Below are positions 20,699-28,653 of a stretch of DNA of 64,000 nt, piece by piece. The stretch is from a virus. Positions within the stretch are counted from its first letter, which is position 1. Every line of letters begins with the position of its first letter. Below the pieces are notes generated by a model that was not told the DNA's origin, did no database searches, and was given only the letters and a program-made list of their open reading frames with translations. The stretch is from positions 1 to 64,000 of the IMG/VR virus record IMGVR_UViG_3300043774_001004. One strand, 5' to 3'. Made by a program: the position numbers and the translations under genes.

Positions 20699-20823
20699 AA
20701 CAAGTAAACTGAGGATCAGAACGTATGCTGATGCCGGAGTAGACAGAGCTCGAAAACTACTGAAAGGCCTAGAGCCAAAGCCCGGGAGTCGCGACCCAGG
20801 AACGACAATAAAAGGCACTTGTT
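20699..20823 (+). ncRNA. Candidate ~125-nt structured ncRNA of unknown family
   Basis: GC-rich island; terminal stem AACAAGT/ACTTGTT; internal ATCAG/CTGAT and AGTAG/CTACT stems; starts just after a promoter motif. Confidence 0.45.
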
Positions 20824-20828
20824 TATAT

Positions 20829-20902
20829 GCACCCTTAGCTCAGACGGTTAGAGCAGCTGACTCATAATCAGCGGGTCACAGGTTCGATCCCTGTAGGGTG
20901 CA
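20829..20902 (+). tRNA. tRNA with CAT anticodon, probably Ile2 (lysidine type); elongator Met not excluded
   Basis: GCACCCT/AGGGTGC acceptor, GCTGA-CTCATAA-TCAGC arm, GGTTCGA T-loop; C4:G69 and C5:G68 pairs favour Ile2. Confidence 0.9.
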
Positions 20903-20914
20903 CTACTAAATATA

Positions 20915-20957
20915 CAGCAAAAGACTTTTACTTTCTAGTTTTTTATTGTATATTTAC
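20915..20957 (+). promoter_or_regulatory. Class I promoter (CAGCAAAAG...TATATTTAC)
   Basis: Bipartite motif repeated at 21441 and 33937 with identical spacing. Confidence 0.65.
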
Positions 20958-21024
20958 AACATAACAATTACAAATGGTATAAATCTATTAGCTCAAATAG
21001 TAGAGCAACATAGATATATACAAC

Positions 21025-21354
21025 ATGGAAAGAAATTGTAAAACAGAAGGCTGTGGAAATAAAACAAGAGGTCGCGGTAATTATTGTCATCCTTGTAGAA
21101 ATTCTATGAGAAGATATGGATTATCAACTATTGAAAGAGACACTTTACTTGAAAATCAAAGCAACAGATGTTTGATATGTAGTGAGACAATATCATTTGA
21201 TGGGAGTACAAGTCAATATAGTGCATGCGTAGATCATAGCCATATCACCGGTAAAGTGAGAGGTATACTTTGCGGCAATTGCAATACATGGCTTGGTTAT
21301 TTTGAGAAAAAGAACTTGTCTTTAGATGTTGTTAGAAATTATATGGTCCCGTAG
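21025..21354 (+). CDS. Endonuclease VII-family (His-Me finger) free-standing homing endonuclease
   Basis: RYGL...Q..RC.IC...VDHSH.TG.VRGILC..CN..LG; stop codon lies inside tRNA-Arg. Confidence 0.88.
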   Translation: MERNCKTEGCGNKTRGRGNYCHPCRNSMRRYGLSTIERDTLLENQSNRCLICSETISFDGSTSQYSACVDHSHITGKVRGILCGNCNTWLGYFEKKNLSLDVVRNYMVP

Positions 21355-21419
21355 CTCAGCTTGGATAGAGCAACAGATTTCTAATCTGTGGGTCACAGGT
21401 TCGAATCCTGTCGGGATCA
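21345..21419 (+). tRNA. tRNA-Arg(TCT)
   Basis: GGTCCCG/CGGGATC acceptor, ACAGA-TTTCTAA-TCTGT arm, GGTTCGAATCC. Confidence 0.95.
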
Positions 21420-21440
21420 CAACAGTAAATATGAAAAAAA

Positions 21441-21483
21441 CAGCAAAAGTCTTTCAAATCTGAAAACTTTTTATTAGTTTTAC
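21441..21483 (+). promoter_or_regulatory. Class I promoter upstream of the large ncRNA
   Basis: CAGCAAAAGTCT...TAGTTTTAC. Confidence 0.6.
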
Positions 21484-21494
21484 ATAAATACTAA

Positions 21495-22400
21495 CACAAA
21501 CGTTCTTTATTTATTAAAAAGATATCCATTTAGTGAAAGTAACTCTTCGGAGTGATGATAGCTAATAAAGATATTGGCCGCCTATAGTCATCAAATAAAC
21601 CGGGAAACCGGTATAAAGTGAACACAATCGTAAAGGTGTTTGCGGCCCATGATAACTTCGGTTACCATGGACTCGAGTAGGCAAGCAGGATATCACGATT
21701 TCTGAGTATCTGAGGGTAACACTGTAGGAGAAATGAAGTAGTGAATTGGCAATGTGGGTTGTCAGTTTGAGCTCGGAAGAGCAATAAGAATAACCTGTAG
21801 AAAGGTTGCAAAAAATATGTCCATCCAGATATATTATTGCGGTTTTCAATATTATAGAGTGCTTAAAGCCGAAAGGCAAGTCGGTGTACAAGTGGTGTTG
21901 TTACCTACCTTGATCTTAGCCTACCAAGGCATGCGTCACGAAGCAATCTTGAAATATGGAGATGGGGACATTTCAGAGAGTAGTTAAGTATTGACCCTGA
22001 CAAAATCGGGGTTAGCTTGGTCGACGGACCACTACTTTCACCGATCCACACACGAAAAAACTTACTTTGCAATTTTGGTGCAAAACCTAAGAACAAACTA
22101 AGCAAAAGTGTCCGCCAGTTGCAGACGAAAGGTGCTTACCTAGTAACCGGTTGTCGGTTGCCGCAAAAGGCCGCAAGTCTAATGTGATTTTCTAGAAAGC
22201 TTTATAACTCCGCAAGAGTGAATCAGGTCGGCAGACTTGAATAGATGTGAGTAAAGAGAGAGTAGTCTAAATAAAGCAACTTAAGGAGTGGTACACCTAA
22301 ATTACCAGCACTGTTAGAATAGTACTCAAAAGGTACTGGACAAAAGAGGAAACAATAATCTCTCTAAAGATCTAACGCTAAAGCTGTAGTCTCAGGCTTA
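21495..22400 (+). ncRNA. Large (~900 nt) ornate structured ncRNA, GOLLD-like candidate
   Basis: No credible ORF; raised GC; many cUUCGg and GNRA-capped hairpins; flanked by tRNAs; ends approximate. Confidence 0.65.
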
Positions 22401-22410
22401 TCTATTACAT

Positions 22411-22484
22411 CGCGAGTTGGTAGCAGTTGGTAGCTCGCCAGGCTCATAACCTGGAGGTCGGCGGTTCGAGTCCGTCACTCGCAA
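22411..22484 (+). tRNA. Initiator tRNA-fMet(CAT)
   Basis: CGCGAGT/ACTCGCA with C1:A72 mismatch; CCAGG-CTCATAA-CCTGG arm. Confidence 0.9.
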
Positions 22485-22496
22485 CAAATAAACAAC

Positions 22497-22520
22497 AGGC
22501 GGTTAATACCGCCTTTTTTT
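22497..22520 (+). terminator. Intrinsic terminator ending the ncRNA-tRNA unit
   Basis: AGGCGGT-taat-ACCGCCT followed by a T tract. Confidence 0.85.
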
Positions 22521-22675
22521 ATGTCAAATATATACCACAGATACTGTGGAATAGCTTTACGCTATTCGGTTCATAGGAACCCTTCTGATTGCTTCTTTGT
22601 ACGTTCATGTATGGCTAAAACCTAGAAACTACTTAAACTGATCTAACTTTCTCAAAATAAAAATAAACACCCTAA

Positions 22676-24958
22676 ATGAAAAATTTATTAGCGGCATTTG
22701 TTCTCTTTCTGCTTTCATTTGCAGTAAGCGCACAAAATCTAATCCAGGATGTTGACAAGCAATACATGTTAACACCTGAAAAAAACATCAACAAGAGTTT
22801 AGTTGATGCTTTCTTTGAGTTTTATAATATACCAGTAGTGGCGTATTTCGATAAACTCAATACCTATGTAGTTAAAGTTGAAGATTACCAGTACTTTTCA
22901 GATGTATGTAATCTCGTTGACTATTTTGCAATTATAGAAAAGGACCGTACTGAAACCGTTAAAATGGACTATATTCCTACGGATCCTGAATTTGTTTCAT
23001 GTTGGCACTTGAGACAATCTACTGACAAAGACATTGATGCTGATGAGGCATGGGATCTTTTACCAAATGGTAACCCATGGGTTTCAGTTGCAATGTTTGA
23101 TGGTGGTCTTGATTTAACGATACCTGATTTAGTAGGTAACACCGACAGCCCATTTAACGCAGTTAATGGAACTTCATCTGTTTCTTATGTTAACCTAGAA
23201 GATAAGCACGGTACAGCATGTTCAGGAACAATTGCTGCAGTTACAAATAACGACCTAGGCGTAGCCAGTGTAGGTAATAACAAGGTAAAAGTTATGCCTA
23301 TAAATATCATGTCACAGGTATATGCAGGCGGTAGTTTTTCTACAACATCTACAATACAGGTTGCTGCAGTGAACGCTGCAATGTCAAATCCTAATTGTGT
23401 TGCAATCGCAATGTCATATGGCGGAAGCAGCTATTCTTCAACACTTGAAAATGCGTTCTTAACTGCAAGAGAAAACGGTAGAGGCGGAAAAGGAATGATG
23501 ATATTTGCATCATCTGGAAACGGCTCTTCTGGCACAGCAGCTCAATACCCTGCTAATTTTAATGGAGTTTGGGGAGTTGGAGCCACTTCTTCTAGTGACT
23601 TGAAAGCTTCATTCTCTAACTTTGGTCAGATTTGTGATATATCTGCCCCTGGTGTTTCTATCAGAACTACAGATAGACTAGGTGCAGAAGGTTACAATTC
23701 TACGGATTACACGTCTATCAGTGGTACTTCATTTTCTTGCCCAATCACAGCAGCAGCTTCTGCAGTTATTGCATATAAGAATTGGGAACTAACAGACGAC
23801 GAAATTCTTCAGATACTGTCACAGACTTGTGAAAAGGTTGGAGGATATGTTTATTCTAATAACTCTGCTTGGCCTTACAGTACTCGCAGTAATGAATTAG
23901 GTTATGGTCGTATCAATCTTAAAGATGCTGTAATTGCAACACCTAATCCAGGCGGCACACCGCCACCTCCTCCTACACCTGTACATAACTTTTTTGTTGA
24001 ATCTTTGAATGTTACACCAGGTGTTGTAAATCTAGGTGAAATAATTGCAGTAAACTTTAATGTTAAAACTACAGAGCCTTCACTTGACACAGTTACTGTA
24101 TCAACTCAGTTTAGATATTCTACAAATACTACATGGGGTGATACAGATGATATTATCATTGGAAGTACAACATCTACATTAGGTGGCGGTGTTAGTACTG
24201 AAGCTGAATCTTTTACATTTACTGTCGGCGGAACTGCAGGTTCTAGGTACATACTAGCTAAAGTAAACTTTGACGGATCTGCTTCTGAAAGCAACCAAAC
24301 AGATAACACATCAACTAAAGTTTTTACAGTTAATGACCCAGCTTTCTTTGGTACAGATTTGAAAGTAGAGCTTTTCATGCCTAGTTCAAATCCTGTTACA
24401 ACTTCAGCACAGATCCTTAACACTAAATGGAAGATCACTAATCTTGGTAGCACTACTATTACAACTATATCTTATCTAAGACGTTGGGTGAATTGCCCAG
24501 GTAATAGTAGCACCACAGGTAGTTGTGTTCAAACTGTGGCTTGGACAGGTAATTTATTACCAGGTCAGGTTAGTTATTTGCCAGGTGATAATAGTTACAT
24601 CAGTGTAAACCTTTGTCAAAATTCTAACAGATGTGCTGTTCCAGTAGGAAGCAGTAACACCTATAGATTAGATATAATTTCAGTAAATGGTTTACAAGGT
24701 GATGGTAACACTTCTAATAACAGAGTAGATTTGGTTGTAAATCGCATATCTACAACTGAAGAAGATATAATCAGCAGCGAAATTATAGTTGAAGACCCTA
24801 TTGAAACTACTGGAGAAGAATTACCTATTTCAGTACAGTTTTACACAATAACTGGATCTTTACTAGATATTACAAGATTTGATGAACTACCTTCAGGTAT
24901 TTATATTGCAAAAGAAAATTATAAAGACTATACTCTAACGTATAAGTTGATTAAGTAA
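22676..24958 (+). CDS. Secreted S8 subtilisin-like serine protease with CARDB/Ig-like domains and T9SS-type C-terminal sorting domain
   Basis: Signal peptide (AVSA-Q); triad FDGG / HGT / GTSFSCP; SSGN oxyanion motif; C-terminus FYTITG...LPSGIYI...KLIK. Confidence 0.88.
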   Translation: MKNLLAAFVLFLLSFAVSAQNLIQDVDKQYMLTPEKNINKSLVDAFFEFYNIPVVAYFDKLNTYVVKVEDYQYFSDVCNLVDYFAIIEKDRTETVKMDYIPTDPEFVSCWHLRQSTDKDIDADEAWDLLPNGNPWVSVAMFDGGLDLTIPDLVGNTDSPFNAVNGTSSVSYVNLEDKHGTACSGTIAAVTNNDLGVASVGNNKVKVMPINIMSQVYAGGSFSTTSTIQVAAVNAAMSNPNCVAIAMSYGGSSYSSTLENAFLTARENGRGGKGMMIFASSGNGSSGTAAQYPANFNGVWGVGATSSSDLKASFSNFGQICDISAPGVSIRTTDRLGAEGYNSTDYTSISGTSFSCPITAAASAVIAYKNWELTDDEILQILSQTCEKVGGYVYSNNSAWPYSTRSNELGYGRINLKDAVIATPNPGGTPPPPPTPVHNFFVESLNVTPGVVNLGEIIAVNFNVKTTEPSLDTVTVSTQFRYSTNTTWGDTDDIIIGSTTSTLGGGVSTEAESFTFTVGGTAGSRYILAKVNFDGSASESNQTDNTSTKVFTVNDPAFFGTDLKVELFMPSSNPVTTSAQILNTKWKITNLGSTTITTISYLRRWVNCPGNSSTTGSCVQTVAWTGNLLPGQVSYLPGDNSYISVNLCQNSNRCAVPVGSSNTYRLDIISVNGLQGDGNTSNNRVDLVVNRISTTEEDIISSEIIVEDPIETTGEELPISVQFYTITGSLLDITRFDELPSGIYIAKENYKDYTLTYKLIK

Positions 24959-24965
24959 CTTTAAC

Positions 24966-24995
24966 AAAATGCCTGCACTAGATGCAGGCATTTTT
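24966..24995 (+). terminator. Intrinsic terminator
   Basis: AAAATGCCTGCA-ctaga-TGCAGGCATTTTT. Confidence 0.85.
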
Positions 24996-25040
24996 GTTTT
25001 TATACTAAACAGTACTGTATCATTTAGTATAAATTAAGAT

Positions 25041-25126
25041 GCCGAGGTGATGAAACAGGTAGACATGCGGGACTTAAAATCCCGTGGACAGTAATGTCCG
25101 TATGGGTTCGACTCCCATCCTCGGTA
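25041..25126 (+). tRNA. tRNA-Leu(TAA)
   Basis: GCCGAGG/CCTCGGT acceptor, CGGGA-CTTAAAA-TCCCG arm, long variable arm. Confidence 0.93.
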
Positions 25127-25147
25127 CTATTAAATAAATCTATATAG

Positions 25148-25597
25148 ATGTTTAAGAAATTCGGAGGCCAAAAAATACATGACGTTAGTCAGTATGTAAA
25201 AGAGTATCTTGAAAAATACCCCGATGTAAAAGTCTATATAGGTACGGATTCTGTTCAGATGAGGCTAGCAACTACCTATGCCACTGCAGTTTGTCTATGG
25301 CATGTCGGTAATGGGGCCCATGTCATCTTTGAAAGACAAAGACTAGAAAAAACAAAAGATCTTTTTACTAGACTTTGGAAAGAAACAGAAATTTCAATTA
25401 AGGTCGCAAATAAACTAAGAGACAGTATAGGCGTTGAGCCTATTATAGATCTTGATATCAACCCATCTGAAAAGTATAAATCTAATATGGCACATGATGC
25501 TGCCATCGGTATGGTTAAAGGATATGGCTTTGAGGCAAGATCTAAACCAGATGCCTGGGCTGCTACATGTGCTGCGGATCTATTATGTAAGGGCTGA
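25148..25597 (+). CDS. RNase H-like YkuK family protein
   Basis: YIGTDS...RLWKE...DLDIN...KP.AWAAT.AAD. Confidence 0.8.
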   Translation: MFKKFGGQKIHDVSQYVKEYLEKYPDVKVYIGTDSVQMRLATTYATAVCLWHVGNGAHVIFERQRLEKTKDLFTRLWKETEISIKVANKLRDSIGVEPIIDLDINPSEKYKSNMAHDAAIGMVKGYGFEARSKPDAWAATCAADLLCKG

Positions 25598-25607
25598 TAA
25601 ATAGAAT

Positions 25608-25841
25608 ATGAAAACCCTATTTATAGCCCTTATTCTTCTATTTAGCTCTTGTACTTATACAATAACATACAACTATAATTACTGTGGACAAGATAGCACT
25701 GTCAGTAAAAGTGTAGAAGTTACAGGCTTCCAAGATCCAGTTGTAGAAGAACCTGTAATAGAGGAACCCCTAATTGAAGCTCATGTTGAGCAGGAGTTTA
25801 ATCGATATGAAGATAACTTTACAGACACTGTAATCCACTAG
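25608..25841 (+). CDS. Small putative lipoprotein
   Basis: MKTLFIALILLFSS-C lipobox-like signal. Confidence 0.5.
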   Translation: MKTLFIALILLFSSCTYTITYNYNYCGQDSTVSKSVEVTGFQDPVVEEPVIEEPLIEAHVEQEFNRYEDNFTDTVIH

Positions 25842-25883
25842 ATTATTCTATTTGAATATATAGACTAAATAATAATATGCGAC

Positions 25884-26432
25884 ATGGCGAATAGAAAAGC
25901 ATTAATGTTTGATGCAGATAGTTATACACCGGCAAATGACGAATTTTTCAAATGGGATTCAGCTACTGAATCTGTTATACCAACTGTAGGTCCTACAATC
26001 TTATCAAATCAGATAACACACACTGGAACTGCAGCAGTAACTGCGGCATCTTATAATGCTGGAATTAACCATTCTTTTACTATTTCAGGCCATGTTGTGG
26101 TTTCTGTAACTACACCAGGCACTGGCGCAACAAATTACGCAATAGGCAGTAGTTGCTCATGGCATATACCCGCTATAATAGTAGTACATAGCACAGGCGG
26201 TTCATATAGTGTAACACCTACAACCTGGAATCTATCAGCATCAGGTGGTATAGTCCCAACATATGACCAAACCTCTGGTAACCTATTTGCGGATGCTAAA
26301 CTCGGTCTGTCAGCTGCTTCAGGAATTTTTTATCTAACTTATACACCTGATACAGGTGCTAACAGTACTATAGCAGGCACTATTGTGAAAATAAACACAC
26401 AATTGTTAGTTTCTGCTATACAGCTCATTTAA
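25884..26432 (+). CDS. Hypothetical beta-rich (probably virion) protein
   Basis: Ser/Thr/Gly-rich; AATATATA late-type motif at 25855. Confidence 0.5.
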   Translation: MANRKALMFDADSYTPANDEFFKWDSATESVIPTVGPTILSNQITHTGTAAVTAASYNAGINHSFTISGHVVVSVTTPGTGATNYAIGSSCSWHIPAIIVVHSTGGSYSVTPTTWNLSASGGIVPTYDQTSGNLFADAKLGLSAASGIFYLTYTPDTGANSTIAGTIVKINTQLLVSAIQLI

Positions 26433-26465
26433 ACAATTATCTTATTTTAAGTATATAAATCATAT

Positions 26466-26947
26466 GTGCCCGACCAGGAATTGATTGGCGGTCGTAGTTC
26501 TTTGAGATGCAGGCGGTCTTAGATGGAAAGACCATAATCACCTATCAAGCCATTAAACGGCAATTCTTATATCACAGCAGAGGGTGACCTCGTACTTGAC
26601 GGCGTAGCTGTTGAGTTTGCTTCAGAGTTTGCATTAGCAGCCTAAGCACTTGGCGGCAACTGCCAAGCCTTAAACAAAGTTGCACCTCGGGAAAAAGGGT
26701 TAAGAGTACCATTTAGAATCACCAGAAACCCTGAGCGAAAGCAACAGTCCACGGAGAAATCCAAGGAGCGCTGTAGTGATTTTGTGAAATTCGGCTTATA
26801 CCGAAGAGTAGCCTGACTGAGCATTAAGTCTGAAAAGAAAAAGAAATGCAAAAAAGTTTGTTGATGTCAAACAATCAACTAAGCCTGTGAAAGAGTCCTT
26901 AAAATTAACCGAGCAAGACGTGGGTTCGACTCCCACCGGGTACACCA
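26466..26947 (+). ncRNA. ssrA: tmRNA
   Basis: Acceptor GTGCCCG/CGGGTAC-ACCA with G3:U70; T-arm GGGTTCGACTCCC; tag ORF 26559-26645 ending EFALAA*. Confidence 0.93.
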
Positions 26948-26972
26948 AAAGCGATCAAATGATCGCTTTTTT
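26947..26972 (+). terminator. Intrinsic terminator after tmRNA
   Basis: AAAAGCGATC-aaat-GATCGCTTTTTT. Confidence 0.85.
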
Positions 26973-27017
26973 CTTGTCCGGCTACTAAACAATACAGCCT
27001 TAAACGTTATAAAAAAC

Positions 27018-27506
27018 ATGAATAAGAGAATCATTTTAGTCGGTAAAGCTGGATCAGGCAAAGACTTCATGAGAAGGAAGTTAGAATCTAGAAATTTCAA
27101 ATACGCAACAAGTTATACAACAAGACCTGCAAGAGAAGGTGAAGTAGAAGGTAAAGACTATTTCTTTATCTCTGAAGAAAAGGCTCAATGGATGATAGAA
27201 AATGGTGAGTTCTTTGAGTATGTCCCATTTAATGGTTGGATCTATGGTACTACATTAAGTCAATGGAATCAAGAAAATGACGAAAGCGTTTTTATTATGA
27301 CTCCAACTGGTCTTTCACATGTCGGTCCAGATGACAGAAAAGAATGCTTTGTAATTTTCGTTGATATCGATAAAGAGGTTAGAAAAGAAAGACTTCTCAA
27401 CAGAAATATGCCAGGTGATAGCCTTGAACGAAGAATTGAGGCTGACGAATTGGACTTTGAAGATTTTTCTAATTATGATGTTAGAATTACCAATCCTGAT
27501 TTCTGA
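27018..27506 (+). CDS. gmk: Guanylate kinase-like protein
   Basis: GKAGSGKD P-loop, SYTTRPAREGEVEGKDYFF, YGT. Confidence 0.88.
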   Translation: MNKRIILVGKAGSGKDFMRRKLESRNFKYATSYTTRPAREGEVEGKDYFFISEEKAQWMIENGEFFEYVPFNGWIYGTTLSQWNQENDESVFIMTPTGLSHVGPDDRKECFVIFVDIDKEVRKERLLNRNMPGDSLERRIEADELDFEDFSNYDVRITNPDF

Positions 27507-27547
27507 AACTAAACAAGTAATCTTAATATAAAAATAAAACAAATAAA

Positions 27548-28141
27548 ATGGCAAGAAAAGAAAAGATCGAAGCTGCTGAAGTAAATGTTCCGCAGGATGA
27601 AACAGTAACACTTAGCATGATTAAAGCAACTGACGCAAAAGAAATGTCAGATGATGTTTTGAAAGCTGAGCAACAACGCTATAGTGATATGGCAGACAAG
27701 TTTGGTCAGTTGACTAAAACTAAAAAGTATGGCATCAAGTTTGATGATATCAAGGATGCTAAAACGCTTCTTAAGCACTTTGAGAAAAATGTAAAATGGA
27801 CACATGCTGAAGCTCCACTTTTTGTTGCAGCATATCAAAAGCTTAAGGATGCAATTACTGAAGGCCTAAGCGAGCAAAATGAATTGTTGATCGATGGTCC
27901 ATCACTTAATGGCATTTATCAAATCCTTTTGAAAACTGAAGGTGTTGGTTTCTTTGCAGTTCGTGATTATATGTCACTTCTTACAATGACAGGTGAAGGT
28001 ATCACCAATGCAATGCGTAACATGATCGAAGATCAAAACACATTGAAGAATATCCATACAAATCTTAGTACACTTGATGATGAAGTTAATGCTCGTCACA
28101 TGGGTATCGAAGTAGAATCTGTAGAAGAAACACAAAAATAG
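27548..28141 (+). CDS. Hypothetical helical protein
   Basis: 197-aa ORF behind a class II promoter. Confidence 0.6.
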   Translation: MARKEKIEAAEVNVPQDETVTLSMIKATDAKEMSDDVLKAEQQRYSDMADKFGQLTKTKKYGIKFDDIKDAKTLLKHFEKNVKWTHAEAPLFVAAYQKLKDAITEGLSEQNELLIDGPSLNGIYQILLKTEGVGFFAVRDYMSLLTMTGEGITNAMRNMIEDQNTLKNIHTNLSTLDDEVNARHMGIEVESVEETQK

Positions 28142-28149
28142 TAATCTAG

Positions 28150-28653
28150 ATGATATTCTTTATTGAAGGCTTGTCAGCCACAGGTAAAACAACTTTAATC
28201 AATAAGTATCTAGAAAAATACCCCAATAACGGCGCCATCCGATTCAAAGGATCTGGCGCCGTTAACATTGGGATGCAATCGAGATGGCAAGAATATAATT
28301 TCTGGATGCATAACATTATTGAAAGAATGGACCAGCTTAATGACTACAAAGTCCCATTTCTTTGGGATCGTGGCATTACTGATATCATTTATAGTGAAGA
28401 TGAGAATTATGCAACAGAACTTTTAAGAGTTGTCAAATCACATATCCGTAAAGCTGTTATCTATATTGATGCTCCACCTTCAACATTAAACAGAAGAATG
28501 ACTAAAGAAGGTAGTGATATGTCCGAACATGGTCGTAAATATGAGCATGTAATTAAAAGTTTTGACATATTAAGAATTACTCTTTCAGGTGATTGTTTGA
28601 TTACAGAAGAACATGTAGATATGCTTCATGAATATATTATGTCGAAGATATGA
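28150..28653 (+). CDS. Nucleoside monophosphate kinase-like P-loop protein
   Basis: IEGLSATGKTT, WDR, IYIDAP...RR lid. Confidence 0.75.
   Translation: MIFFIEGLSATGKTTLINKYLEKYPNNGAIRFKGSGAVNIGMQSRWQEYNFWMHNIIERMDQLNDYKVPFLWDRGITDIIYSEDENYATELLRVVKSHIRKAVIYIDAPPSTLNRRMTKEGSDMSEHGRKYEHVIKSFDILRITLSGDCLITEEHVDMLHEYIMSKI

Noticed and set aside
20709-20760. Hammerhead ribozyme (CTGAGGA followed by a stem)
   Set aside because: Stem II is not followed by the required GAAA core
21562-22105. Three short ORFs inside the large intergenic region
   Set aside because: They overlap each other on both strands, lack motifs and coincide with RNA hairpins; better explained as ncRNA
21495-22400. Group I/II intron or RNase P identity for the large RNA
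   Set aside because: No interrupted gene on either side; no group II domain V or RNase P GGAAAGUCC signature seen by eye; needs cmsearch to exclude formally
22546-22641. Small hydrophobic frame with an in-frame TAG, suggesting stop-codon recoding
   Set aside because: Long conserved genes are intact in code 11 and several end in TAG; no suppressor tRNA seen
26642-27100. Minus-strand ORFs over the tmRNA and gmk start
   Set aside because: Antisense to well-supported features
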